Positions 47,177 to 56,637 of a stretch of 64,000 bases of DNA are shown piece after piece. The stretch covers positions 15,987 through 79,986 of the forward strand of contig JBIILU010000002.1 in the NCBI GenBank assembly GCA_044338315.1, in the 5' to 3' direction. The DNA is from Microbacteriaceae bacterium (GTDB taxonomy: Bacteria; Actinomycetota; Actinomycetes; Actinomycetales; Microbacteriaceae). Made by a program: the position numbers and the translations under genes. Under the pieces are notes generated by a model that saw only the letters and a program-made list of their open reading frames with translations, searched no databases and was not told where the DNA came from. Position 1 is the first letter of the stretch. Each line of letters starts with the position of its first letter.

Positions 47177-48313
47177 CTAGGCAGAAAATGCGGGACGAAT
47201 TTCGTCGTGCGGAATCGCGAATGATTGATGTCCATCGCGACCAGTCATATCTTCAGCTGCGACCATCGCGTTGACGACCGCTTCTTCCGTTGCGTGGACC
47301 ACTGCGTCGAATAGCGGATCCATAAATCCCCAGGGAACGAACGCGAGTGTTTCTAGATCGTCCGTCGAAAAATCGTGGGCTGGAAATTCCGACGTAATCG
47401 AGCCAGTGTTTGCGGTGCTGAACCCGAGGAAGATGTCGCCTGAGAAATGACTTCCCGTTGTCCCGTTGCGGGCGAGGCCGAGGGGGATTCGGCGAGTCAT
47501 CGATTCGAGTTGTGTTGACAAAAGTGGAGCATCGGTGGCGATGACGACGATGACCGACCCGGCGCCGCCCGGCACGGTCACGTTCGCACGGTCTTTATCG
47601 AGCCACGCGGTGTCAGCAATTGGGCAGGGTGCGCTCGACGCCTGGCCAAGGTTGTGGCCACGAATCTGAAACTCGTGTCGGCTGCCGTGATTCGCCTGAA
47701 CGAGAATGCCCACCGTGTATGTTTCGGAACCGAACGAGACGATTCGCGACGAAGTGCCTGTTCCGCCTTTGAAGCCGTAACAATTCATTCCGGTTCCTCC
47801 GCCAACGTTGCCTTCAGCAAGAGGTCCGGACGATGCGTTCTCGAACGCCTCGAATCCGTGCTGTTCGGTGACGTGGAAGCCGTTGATGTCGTTGAGGTAG
47901 CCGTCCCAGGTCTCGGCCACAACCGGCAGGGCCCACTGCGCCAGTGTTCCGGGGGAGTTGTGGTGAACCCAACTCAAGAGCCCGGCGTGGACTCGCCCAA
48001 CCGAGTGGGTATTCGTGATGGCGATTGGCATTGACAATGAACCTGATTCTTCGATCCACGCGCGGCCCGTCATTTCGCCGTTCCCGTTGAGCGTGTGGGT
48101 TGCGGCCGCGCACGGAATTCCGACGCCGTCTCGGCCGCGCGGAAGAATCGCGGTGACGCCTGTTCGGATTGAACCAGAGCGAGGAACCGATTGCCCGTCC
48201 TCCGAGATGAGGGTGACGTATCCGACTTCGACACCCGGGACGTCCGTTATGGCATTCCATTGACCGGGAACACCGTCGAAGGGGATGTTGAGGTCGCGAG
48301 CTCTGGTCGTCAT
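47177..48313 (-). CDS. P1/S58-family peptidase (DmpA-like aminopeptidase)
   Basis: 378 aa. The N-terminus MTTRARDLNIPFDGVPGQWNAITDVPGVEVGY.. and Gly-rich core (GGGTGMNCYGFKGGTGTSS) are as I recall for DmpA/BapA-type Ntn hydrolases. Confidence 0.78.
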   Translation of the reverse strand: MTTRARDLNIPFDGVPGQWNAITDVPGVEVGYVTLISEDGQSVPRSGSIRTGVTAILPRGRDGVGIPCAAATHTLNGNGEMTGRAWIEESGSLSMPIAITNTHSVGRVHAGLLSWVHHNSPGTLAQWALPVVAETWDGYLNDINGFHVTEQHGFEAFENASSGPLAEGNVGGGTGMNCYGFKGGTGTSSRIVSFGSETYTVGILVQANHGSRHEFQIRGHNLGQASSAPCPIADTAWLDKDRANVTVPGGAGSVIVVIATDAPLLSTQLESMTRRIPLGLARNGTTGSHFSGDIFLGFSTANTGSITSEFPAHDFSTDDLETLAFVPWGFMDPLFDAVVHATEEAVVNAMVAAEDMTGRDGHQSFAIPHDEIRPAFSA

Positions 48314-48423
48314 GTGTTCATTGTGTCTGAGCGGTGTGCACTAGTCAACTTTTTCTGAACAAATGTTTGATAATTCTCGATTTCGCCCTACTCTTGTCGC
48401 AAGACGTCAATCAACGGAGATCG

Positions 48424-49875
48424 ATGTCACGAAAGGAGCCAACTATGTCTCGCAGTTCAACGGAACAACGCGCACTCAAATCAGGGCAGATTGGTACGTG
48501 GGGAATTTTCTTCATGGTCATCTCAGCTGCCGCACCACTCACCGTCGTCGCAGGCTCATTCCCGCCGGCATTCGCGTTCGGTGGCATCGGCGTTGCCGGC
48601 GCGATGGTTTTTGCTGGGCTGGTTTTGATGGCGTTCGCCTCGGGATTCACCGCCATGGGAAAATACGTCAAAAATGCCGGTGCGTTTTATGCGTACGCAG
48701 GTAAAGGCTTAGGCAAGCCGCTCGGTGTTGGCGTCTCGTTCGTCACAATCATTTCGTACCTCGTATTGTCCATTAGCTTCTATGGGCTGATCGGATTCTT
48801 CGGAAACCTCACCGGCAACATCGTTTTCGCAACCGATGTCCCCTGGTGGGTTTACTCGGTTGTTGCCCTCGTAGCAATCTTCCTGCTGGGACGACGTCAA
48901 GTAGAAGTTGGAGCGAAGGTCCTCGCGGTCTTGCTCACGGCAGAGGTCACCGTGGTACTCGTTCTCATCGTTGCCATCCTTGTTCAGGGCGGGCCCGAGC
49001 CGCTCTCGTTCGCGCCACTCGACCCGTCGAATGCTCTCCTCGCGCCCGGCGCCGGAATCCTCTTGGTTTTCGCATTCGGTGCGTTCCTCGGGTTTGAGGG
49101 AACCGCGGTCTATGCCGAAGAGGCGCGAGACGCAGAGCGCTCCATCCCGCGCGCAACCTACGGTGCGGTCGCATTCCTCGCGGTGTTCTACGCCATCGCG
49201 GCTTTCGCCTTCGTGTATGGATTCGGGGTTGAAGGAATCATCGGATTCGTGACAACGGAAGATTTCACATCCTTGCCTTATGCCGTCGCCAGCACATTCG
49301 TTGGAGACTGGCTTGTCAACGCGATCTTCATCCTCCTCGTCACGTCGTTCTTTGCCTGTCTGCTCGCGTTCCACAACGCGAGTGCTCGATACATGTTCTC
49401 GCTCGGACGTGAACGAATTCTTCCCAATTCGTTGGCAAAGGTTGCCCCTTCAGGTGCACCCGTTGTTGCGAACTCTGTACTCGTTGCAATCGCCGGAGCG
49501 GCAATCCTTGCGACCGTCGTCATGAACGGGGACCCGTACGCGGTTCTGGCAATTGCACCATACGCCTCAGGAACCTCGGGTCTTGTCTTTGCCCAGGCAA
49601 TTGCGTCGGTATCTGTCGTCGCATTCTTCCTTCGCGACCGTCGCGGGCACAGCGTCTGGCGCGTGTTGGTGTTCCCGATTCTCGGTGCCGCCGGACTCAT
49701 CTTCGGCTGGGTCAGCATCGTCACCAACTTCGATATCCTTACCGGTTGGGGTGAGTCGGGCAACATGTGGCTCATCGCCGCTGCACCAGTGCTTCTCGCC
49801 GCGGGTGCGGTGTGGGCTCTGGTGATCAAGGGCCGTGACCCGAAGCGCTATGACGGCTTAATTGTCACGCACTAA
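48424..49875 (+). CDS. APC-family amino acid permease
   Basis: About 483 aa with 12 predicted TMs. ATG 48424 (MSRKEPTMSRSSTEQ..); the alternative start is 48445. Confidence 0.85.
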   Translation: MSRKEPTMSRSSTEQRALKSGQIGTWGIFFMVISAAAPLTVVAGSFPPAFAFGGIGVAGAMVFAGLVLMAFASGFTAMGKYVKNAGAFYAYAGKGLGKPLGVGVSFVTIISYLVLSISFYGLIGFFGNLTGNIVFATDVPWWVYSVVALVAIFLLGRRQVEVGAKVLAVLLTAEVTVVLVLIVAILVQGGPEPLSFAPLDPSNALLAPGAGILLVFAFGAFLGFEGTAVYAEEARDAERSIPRATYGAVAFLAVFYAIAAFAFVYGFGVEGIIGFVTTEDFTSLPYAVASTFVGDWLVNAIFILLVTSFFACLLAFHNASARYMFSLGRERILPNSLAKVAPSGAPVVANSVLVAIAGAAILATVVMNGDPYAVLAIAPYASGTSGLVFAQAIASVSVVAFFLRDRRGHSVWRVLVFPILGAAGLIFGWVSIVTNFDILTGWGESGNMWLIAAAPVLLAAGAVWALVIKGRDPKRYDGLIVTH

Positions 49876-49901
49876 ACCGTCACGGAGATAGAGTCGAACC
49901 C

Positions 49902-50498
49902 ATGTCGACTCACAAGACACACGGTCAAAAGAAGGAGTCCATCCTCGCGGCAGCAACCAAGGTTGCGCGCGAGGGTGGACTTCGTTCTGCCAACGTGCGC
50001 GCGGTCGCGCACGAAGCGGGAACATCACCGGCATCGGTCTTGTACTACTTCAATTCGATGGACGAGTTGATGAATCGAGCACTCGAGCACGTCATGGACC
50101 AGTTTTATGTTGACCGACGCATTCAGATACAGGATCTGCAAAGCCCGCCGCAGAAAATCGCCGAGCTTATTCGGTTGGGAGTCCCGGACGAAGTGACGGA
50201 AGACATGCGACTCTTGTACGAGATTTCGGTCTCGCTCGCCCAGTTTCCGCAATTCGGTCCGAGACTTCGGGCTATTCACGACGAACAACTCGAAATGTAC
50301 CGAGAGGTGATCGCACAGGGCGTGCTGACGGGAGACTTCCGTCCGTTACCCGATGTGCCAACGGTTTCGCGAAATCTGCTGGCGATTGAAGACACGTACG
50401 ACTTTTATCCCATCATCGGCATGACCGTCGATCGAGCCGAGCTGAGACAAAACCTCCGCGCCTACGCGGAAGTCGCGCTTCAGTGCACGTTGCCGTAG
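49902..50498 (+). CDS. TetR-family transcriptional regulator
   Basis: 198 aa. N-terminal HTH KKESILAAATKVAREGGLRSANVRAVAHEAGTSPASVLYYFNS. Confidence 0.88.
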   Translation: MSTHKTHGQKKESILAAATKVAREGGLRSANVRAVAHEAGTSPASVLYYFNSMDELMNRALEHVMDQFYVDRRIQIQDLQSPPQKIAELIRLGVPDEVTEDMRLLYEISVSLAQFPQFGPRLRAIHDEQLEMYREVIAQGVLTGDFRPLPDVPTVSRNLLAIEDTYDFYPIIGMTVDRAELRQNLRAYAEVALQCTLP

Positions 50499-50514
50499 GT
50501 AGGCTCAAACTCTC

Positions 50515-51837
50515 ATGACGTATATGCCCCTTCCGCTCACCGCACCCGACGTTTCGTTCCAGTCAACGGGGGAGTGCATCGTTCGCCGCACCGTTCACTC
50601 GAGCGGTTTGCGGGTTCTGACGGAACGAGTCCCCGGCTCACGTACCGTCACGATCGGGTTCTGGATCGGCGCGGGTTCGCGCGACGAGGACGCCGGTCAC
50701 CACGGGTCGACCCACTTCCTCGAGCACTTGTTGTTCAAGGGCACGTCGACGATGTCGGCGTTTGAAATTTCCGAGACGTTCGACGCGATGGGCGCTTTCC
50801 ACAACGCGCTCACCGCAAAAGAGAACACGTGTTACTTGTCGCGCGTTCGCGCGGCCGACCTGCCGACCGCCGTCCGTGTGCTGGGGGACCAGGTATCGAA
50901 CTCGTTGCTGCGCGCCAAAGATTTCGATATGGAACGCACCGTCATTCTCGAAGAATTGGCCATGGCCGCCGACGACCCCGACGACGTGTGCGGTGAACAG
51001 TTCTTCACGGCGATGTTTGGCGATTCTGCGCTCGCCCGACCCATCGGCGGAACCGTCGCCGACATCGAGGGCGCCGACCGGACGTCGGTCATCGAGCACT
51101 ATCGCGACCGGTACCAGCCGCGCGACCTGATCGTCACCGCCGCGGGGGACGTCGACCACGACGAGCTGGTGCGAATGGTCCTCGACTCGCTCGTCGGGTG
51201 GGACATCGTCGACGGCGAACCCGAAGCCCGCCGAGCTCAAGTAGAAGCACCCGTTTCGGGTCGAACGCCGGTCGCGGTCACCACGCGCGACCTCGAACAG
51301 GTCGCCCTGATCGTCGGGGTTCCCGGGGTCATCGCCAACGACGACCGTCGCACCGACCTCGGTGTGTTGACGGCAATCCTCGGTGGCGGCTCGTCTTCCC
51401 GCCTGTTCCAGGAAATCCGCGAAAAGCGTGGTCTCGCCTATTCCGTTGATGCATTCCCCGTGACGTATTCCGACGCGGGAGCCTTCGGAGTTGGTGCGGG
51501 ATGTTCGCCCAAGGCGCTGGGTGACGTCCTCGGGCTCATCCGGGAAGGCATGGCGGGAATGTCAACGATCACCCCGCACGAACTGAGCCGCGCCCGCGGT
51601 CAGATTCTCGGTTCGGCGACGCTCGCCCTCGAATCGATGGATTCGCGCATGAACCGCCTCGCCCGCGCCGAATTTCTCGGCGAATACCGTGACCTTGACG
51701 AAACCGAGCGCCTGCTCGACCTCGTCACCGTCGAATCCGTCGGCGCACTCGCGACCGAACTCGCTGCCGGCCCGCTCGTGATTTCGGCTGTTGGCGCGGT
51801 CAGTGCCGAGCAGGTCGCAGGCTACGCCAGCGCGTAG
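50515..51837 (+). CDS. M16-family zinc metallopeptidase (PepR-like)
   Basis: 440 aa with the inverted zinc motif HFLEHLLFKG (HxxEH). Confidence 0.9.
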   Translation: MTYMPLPLTAPDVSFQSTGECIVRRTVHSSGLRVLTERVPGSRTVTIGFWIGAGSRDEDAGHHGSTHFLEHLLFKGTSTMSAFEISETFDAMGAFHNALTAKENTCYLSRVRAADLPTAVRVLGDQVSNSLLRAKDFDMERTVILEELAMAADDPDDVCGEQFFTAMFGDSALARPIGGTVADIEGADRTSVIEHYRDRYQPRDLIVTAAGDVDHDELVRMVLDSLVGWDIVDGEPEARRAQVEAPVSGRTPVAVTTRDLEQVALIVGVPGVIANDDRRTDLGVLTAILGGGSSSRLFQEIREKRGLAYSVDAFPVTYSDAGAFGVGAGCSPKALGDVLGLIREGMAGMSTITPHELSRARGQILGSATLALESMDSRMNRLARAEFLGEYRDLDETERLLDLVTVESVGALATELAAGPLVISAVGAVSAEQVAGYASA

Positions 51838-51886
51838 GGTTAACTGATGCCGCGCGCAGCGGCCTCGACCACACGATAGGAATCCG

Positions 51887-52297
51887 ATGAAACAGACCCG
51901 CACGATTATCGGTGTCGCCGTCATGGCGGTGCTGCTGGTTCTGTACATCGCCTTCGCGGGGTACGAGGCGGTTCTGCTCATCTCGACGGGCGAACCCATC
52001 GCCCTGGTCTTCGGGCTCGCGCTTTTTGTCGCCCCCGCGATCGGTATCTGGTCGCTCTTTCGCGAACTGAAATTCGGGCGGGACGCCGGTGCACTGATGA
52101 ATCGGTTCGTCGCCGAGTTCGGCCCGATCGCGATTCCCGTGCTGGACAAGGGTTCCGACGTTCCCGAACCCGCCGACCCGACGTGGGACGACATGCTCAT
52201 TCACGGGCTCACCCTCGACTCGGTCGGCAAACGACGCGAGGCGCGTGCTGCCGTTCGCCGAGCGATTGTCCTCGCAAAGGTAAACTCGATTCCATGA
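51887..52297 (+). CDS. Small two-TM membrane protein
   Basis: 136 aa with hydrophobic segments IIGVAVMAVLLVLYIAFAGY and IALVFGLALFVAPAIGIWSLF. The stop overlaps the next start (ATGA). Confidence 0.55.
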   Translation: MKQTRTIIGVAVMAVLLVLYIAFAGYEAVLLISTGEPIALVFGLALFVAPAIGIWSLFRELKFGRDAGALMNRFVAEFGPIAIPVLDKGSDVPEPADPTWDDMLIHGLTLDSVGKRREARAAVRRAIVLAKVNSIP

Positions 52298-53322
52298 CGA
52301 AGGCGCATGCATCCAAGCTCACCGTCGCCTACGTAATGCCCGTTCGAAATGATGCATCGTATTTGCGCGCAGCGGTCGAAAGCATCATCGCTCAAGAAAA
52401 CCCGCCCAAAACGGCGATCGTGTTGTCGGTCGGTCCGTCTCTCGACAACACCCGCGAAGTCGCGGACGAGTTGGCGCAGGAATACGGCGTCACCGTGGTC
52501 GACAACCCGCAGGGCAACACGCCCGCGGCTCTGAACATCGCCCTGCTCGCTACTGACGCCGACGTCGCTGTTCGCGTCGATGCCCACTCGGAACTGTCAC
52601 CCGGCTACGCGCAAAACGCCGTTCGCATTCTCGCCGAAACGGGCGCGTCGAACGTTGGCGGAATCATGGAGGCACGCGGCCGCACCAACATTCAGAAAGC
52701 CGTCGCGTGGGCCTACGGAAACTTCATCGGCCTCGGCGGTGGCCCGATTCACACGGGTGGAACCCCCGGACCCGCCGACACTGTCTATCTCGGGGTGTTT
52801 CGTCGACTCGACGTATTGGAAATCGGTGGATTCAACGAACAACTGATTCGCGGACAGGACTGGGAACTCAACGCCCGCCTGCGCGAAAACGGCCGAACCG
52901 TCTGGTTCGACCCCTCGCTGCGGGTCGGGTATTACCCGCGCCGAGACATCGCCTCGCTCGCAACGCAGTTCTTTGGCACCGGCGTCTTTCGCGCCTACAT
53001 CCTCATGGCGAACCCGAAGCGGACGCGCATCAAGTACCTCGTGCCGCCCACGTTTCTCGCGTCGCTCCTCATCGGGGCCGTCGCCCTCGCGGTCTCGGGG
53101 AACTGGTGGATGCTGCTCCCGGGTTACGCCTACAGTGCGCTCGTCCTCGGTGGCGCGCTCACCGCAAAGGGGCTCAGCCTCAAGTCGCGGATCGCGTTGA
53201 TGGCGGTGTTGCCAACAATGCACCTGTCGTGGGGCGCCGGATTCTGGAAGGGCATCTTCACGTTCTCAAACCGTGGCGACGACGTCGTGCTCAACACAGC
53301 AGCCATCTCGGTCCATTCCTAA
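52294..53322 (+). CDS. Family 2 glycosyltransferase with C-terminal TM segments
   Basis: ATG 52294, LTVAYVMPVRNDASYLRAAVESIIAQ (GT2 N-terminus) and RVDAHS. C-terminal hydrophobic helices. Confidence 0.85.
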   Translation: MTKAHASKLTVAYVMPVRNDASYLRAAVESIIAQENPPKTAIVLSVGPSLDNTREVADELAQEYGVTVVDNPQGNTPAALNIALLATDADVAVRVDAHSELSPGYAQNAVRILAETGASNVGGIMEARGRTNIQKAVAWAYGNFIGLGGGPIHTGGTPGPADTVYLGVFRRLDVLEIGGFNEQLIRGQDWELNARLRENGRTVWFDPSLRVGYYPRRDIASLATQFFGTGVFRAYILMANPKRTRIKYLVPPTFLASLLIGAVALAVSGNWWMLLPGYAYSALVLGGALTAKGLSLKSRIALMAVLPTMHLSWGAGFWKGIFTFSNRGDDVVLNTAAISVHS

Positions 53323-53367
53323 ACCCGTGACCGATAAACTCTCCCTGAGTCCCAGGGGAAGGCCATC

Positions 53368-55116
53368 ATGAGCGATATTGTCGTGTGTTCGTTTTACACC
53401 GACGACGCGTATTACCGTAAAGAGGCCAAAGCCCTTCGAGCGGACCTTGACAAGCTCGGTGTCGAATACGTTCTCGAAGAAATTCACAAGGTCGACGGTC
53501 AGGACTGGGCGGACATGTGCCGTCAGAAGGTTCCGTTCCTTAATTCCGTCTGCCAGCGTTTCCCGGACAAAAAGGTTTTCTGGATCGACGTCGATTGCCG
53601 ACTGCTGAGCCTTCCCGATTTCGTGCGCGAATCGAGCGCCGACATCATCGGTTTCCAGCGTGGATTCGGCTCGTCGTTGACGATCGGATATCAAAACCGG
53701 ACTCGTTTCTGGGAACCGTGCTTTTGGGGTGTCGGCACCGGGGCGAACGCGCGCAAGATGATGGCGGATGCCGCCGCACTCGAATCGACGAGCTCGCTCA
53801 AAGCCACCGACGATTACTTCTTCGAGGACGCGTGGCGCCACAACGCCGACTCGCTGACGTTCCAGTTGATCCCCGGCGCGTGCGTCGTGGGCAAAGGCGA
53901 CGCGTCACTCAACCTCGAATCGTTCTTTGTCTTTGGATCGTCGGGAAACGTCGCCGACTTCAAGGGCAAGGTCGAGCAGCACAAGGGTATGACCAAGCCA
54001 ACGGGTCGTCAGCGGATCACCAACCTGGGCAAGAGCGTCCTTCGTCGCCTTCCCCCGCCCGTCGCTCGTCGCGTCGTCAACATTGCCGACCGCACCGGCG
54101 TGACCGCCATCCTGACGGGCAAGGGGTCGGTCGGGGAGTCGCTCTCGCGTCGCGCACTTGTTCACAAAGTTCTGCGCGCCGGGTTCGACGGCAACCTGCC
54201 CGAATTGGAAACCTTCTCCAGCCGACTGAACACGTCCGGCGTTACCACGTCGGAAGAGCGCGCCACGATCGCGGCGGCCCGAACGTTTGCCCACTACTCC
54301 AGCCGTGACAGCGCGAACACCGTCACACTGACGTGGTGGGCCCGGCCGTTCCCCGGAAACTTCGGCGACTGGCTCAGTCCGCTCATCATCGGCAATTACA
54401 CGGACGACCGAATCGTCTTCCATTCGCCGACCGCCCCGATTGTCGAACCGCACCTCATTTCGACGGGGTCCATCGGGCGATTCATCACGCCGTCCTCGAT
54501 CGTTGTCGGCACGGGAATTTCGGCCGACGACGTCGAACTTCACCCAAAGGCCGACTACGTGTCGGTGCGCGGTCCGTTGACGGCACAGCACGTTGTCGCG
54601 TGCGGCGGCCCCGACGTCGAATCGTTCGGTGACCCCGGCGCGATCATGTCGCGCATTTTCCCGCTGAACCGCGGCAAAACCAACGGCAAGACGGCGTTCG
54701 TTCGACACTTCACGCACGCCCAAATCCCGATGCGCCTGCCCGACCACTTCGAAGAACTGTCGGTGCTGATGTCCGCTCCGGCGCAGATCGCCGAGTTCCT
54801 CGGCGCGCTCGTCACGTATGACCGAGTCGTCACCAGCGCGATGCACGTCTTCATCGTCTGCCAGTCCTACGGCATTCCGTGTTCCCTCGTCACGTTCGAA
54901 GGTTTCGAAGACAACGTCCACGGAACCGGCCTCAAGTACGGCGACTACGCGCTGGGTGTCGGCCTCGATACCATCAACCCCTCCGTCGTGCCGCTGGACC
55001 TCCTGAAGTTCTCGTTCGCCAGCATCGAACGCGGCGACGCGGTGAGCGAAAAGAAGAAGGACGAGATCGTCGATGCGATTCGCCTCGGCCTTTCCAACCT
55101 GGAAAGTCGACGCTAG
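53368..55116 (+). CDS. Two-domain enzyme: GT-A-like N-terminal domain fused to a polysaccharide pyruvyl transferase domain
   Basis: 582 aa. The N-terminal IVVCSFYTDDAYY.. carries a DxD-like FWIDVDCRLL. The C-terminal half has WWARPFPGNFGDWLSPLIIG, the NFGD motif of CsaB/WcaK-type pyruvyl transferases. Confidence 0.75.
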   Translation: MSDIVVCSFYTDDAYYRKEAKALRADLDKLGVEYVLEEIHKVDGQDWADMCRQKVPFLNSVCQRFPDKKVFWIDVDCRLLSLPDFVRESSADIIGFQRGFGSSLTIGYQNRTRFWEPCFWGVGTGANARKMMADAAALESTSSLKATDDYFFEDAWRHNADSLTFQLIPGACVVGKGDASLNLESFFVFGSSGNVADFKGKVEQHKGMTKPTGRQRITNLGKSVLRRLPPPVARRVVNIADRTGVTAILTGKGSVGESLSRRALVHKVLRAGFDGNLPELETFSSRLNTSGVTTSEERATIAAARTFAHYSSRDSANTVTLTWWARPFPGNFGDWLSPLIIGNYTDDRIVFHSPTAPIVEPHLISTGSIGRFITPSSIVVGTGISADDVELHPKADYVSVRGPLTAQHVVACGGPDVESFGDPGAIMSRIFPLNRGKTNGKTAFVRHFTHAQIPMRLPDHFEELSVLMSAPAQIAEFLGALVTYDRVVTSAMHVFIVCQSYGIPCSLVTFEGFEDNVHGTGLKYGDYALGVGLDTINPSVVPLDLLKFSFASIERGDAVSEKKKDEIVDAIRLGLSNLESRR

Positions 55117-55124
55117 GCGCGATC

Positions 55125-55898
55125 ATGTGGACTCTCATCCGGGAACTCAGGGCGGCGCTGACCGAGCTCTTTCCGACGAGGCGCGACGGGCTCATCGTCG
55201 CCGGACTTGTTATGTTCGGTGCGGTTGTTTCGGCGGCCGAGATGCTCACCGCGAAACTGTTTTCCGACATCATCCTGCCCGGTGAATCGTCGGCACGCCC
55301 GATGTCCGACACCATCGCACTCGCCGTTCTTTTCCTCGTCGTTTTCGGCGGTCTGCGCGTGGTGAACTACGGGCAAAACTTGTATCGGGTCAACGTGTTC
55401 GAAAAGGCATTCAACGGTCGCAATGACAAGTCCGGTTCCGAAGAATCGTGGCGCTGGGCGACCGCGATGGAACTGACCACCATCCTCACCATGACCGCCC
55501 GTATCGCTGTCATTGCGGCCATCCTATTCATCCTCTCGCCGCTGTTCGGGTTGGCCAACGTGGTCCTCTTCTTGCTCATCGCCGAAATCTTTGGGGCGGC
55601 TGTTCGACGCCAGTTCCTGACTCAGCAGGGGTTCCGCGATCGTCAAAAGGCGAAAGCGCCCGCGTCTCCCGCCGAGAAGGTTCGCGCACGCATCCGGGCG
55701 GGCGAGGCATCCTCGCTGTTGGCCAGCCTCGGCGTGATGGTGCTGATGGGGTTGCTCATCGTTCTTGCCGTGACCGGTGCCGTCGCCGCGGGCGATGCCC
55801 TGGTGCTCTTCCTCGCCGTGCGCATGATCGGTCAGATGTATTCGGGAATCTCCAGCGGTCTCATGCGGTTCACGCGCGCTCGGGTCAATGGCCGCTAG
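55125..55898 (+). CDS. Polytopic membrane protein resembling an ABC-exporter transmembrane domain without an ATPase domain
   Basis: 257 aa from ATG 55125 with ~5-6 TMs. The family resemblance is a weak visual impression only. Confidence 0.55.
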   Translation: MWTLIRELRAALTELFPTRRDGLIVAGLVMFGAVVSAAEMLTAKLFSDIILPGESSARPMSDTIALAVLFLVVFGGLRVVNYGQNLYRVNVFEKAFNGRNDKSGSEESWRWATAMELTTILTMTARIAVIAAILFILSPLFGLANVVLFLLIAEIFGAAVRRQFLTQQGFRDRQKAKAPASPAEKVRARIRAGEASSLLASLGVMVLMGLLIVLAVTGAVAAGDALVLFLAVRMIGQMYSGISSGLMRFTRARVNGR

Positions 55899-56637
55899 CC
55901 CGAAGCTGACGATCGCTTACTCGGTGCTCGCCGGCGGGTTGGGTAGTGTCGTCCTGCCCGAACAGCGCGACGACACGGAAATCCTCGTGCTCGTGCAGGG
56001 CAGCGGCGGTTCGGTGCCTCGCCGCGAGGACGTGCGCGAAATCCGACTCGATTCGACCGGGGTCACGCGTAGTCGCAACGACGCCATTCGTCAGGCGCGT
56101 GGCGAGGTACTCGTCTTTGGCGAAGAAACCGCCGAGTGGATTCGCGGGGGACTCGACGAGGTCGTCGCGCTCTTTGCCGACAACCCGCGGCTGGCGGTTT
56201 TCCTCGGTCGTGCCGAGGACGAATCGGGCGCCCTGCGCAAGCGATACCCGGAATTCCGTGAACCCGCGACGATGTGGAATTCGGCGCGAGTGGGAACCAT
56301 CGAACTGGCGGTTCGCCCCGCGATGCTCATCAAGGCGGGAGTCCTGTTCGACGAAAAGTTTGGCGCGGGAACCGACAACTACCTCGGGGACGAATACATC
56401 CTGGTGGCCGATGCCAATCGCGCGGGCCTTAGGTGTGAGTATTTTCCCATCACGATTTCACGCCACCCGCGCGAATCGTCGGGAACGGCGTTCGGCACCG
56501 CGGCCGATGCCCGTGCCCGGTCGCGCGTGTTTGACCGCGTCTTCGGCTGGTTCGCACCCGTGCCGCGCCTGCTGGTGTGGGCGCGAAACCCTCGTCGTTT
56601 CGGCGCGAACGGGTTCCGGTTCGTTATCGGCTACTGA
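55888..56637 (+). CDS. GT-A-like glycosyltransferase-related protein
   Basis: 249 aa, LTIAYSVLAGG..RSRNDAIRQARGEVLVFGEE. The usual DxD position reads GEE. Overlaps the upstream gene by 11 nt. Confidence 0.6.
   Translation: MAASPKLTIAYSVLAGGLGSVVLPEQRDDTEILVLVQGSGGSVPRREDVREIRLDSTGVTRSRNDAIRQARGEVLVFGEETAEWIRGGLDEVVALFADNPRLAVFLGRAEDESGALRKRYPEFREPATMWNSARVGTIELAVRPAMLIKAGVLFDEKFGAGTDNYLGDEYILVADANRAGLRCEYFPITISRHPRESSGTAFGTAADARARSRVFDRVFGWFAPVPRLLVWARNPRRFGANGFRFVIGY

Noticed and set aside
46150-50514. Retinal/carotenoid biosynthesis genes (blh, crtE/B/I/Y) expected next to the rhodopsin
   Set aside because: None of the neighbouring ORFs has the relevant motifs; they are a peptidase, a permease and a TetR regulator. 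No rhodopsin-retinal operon can be claimed.
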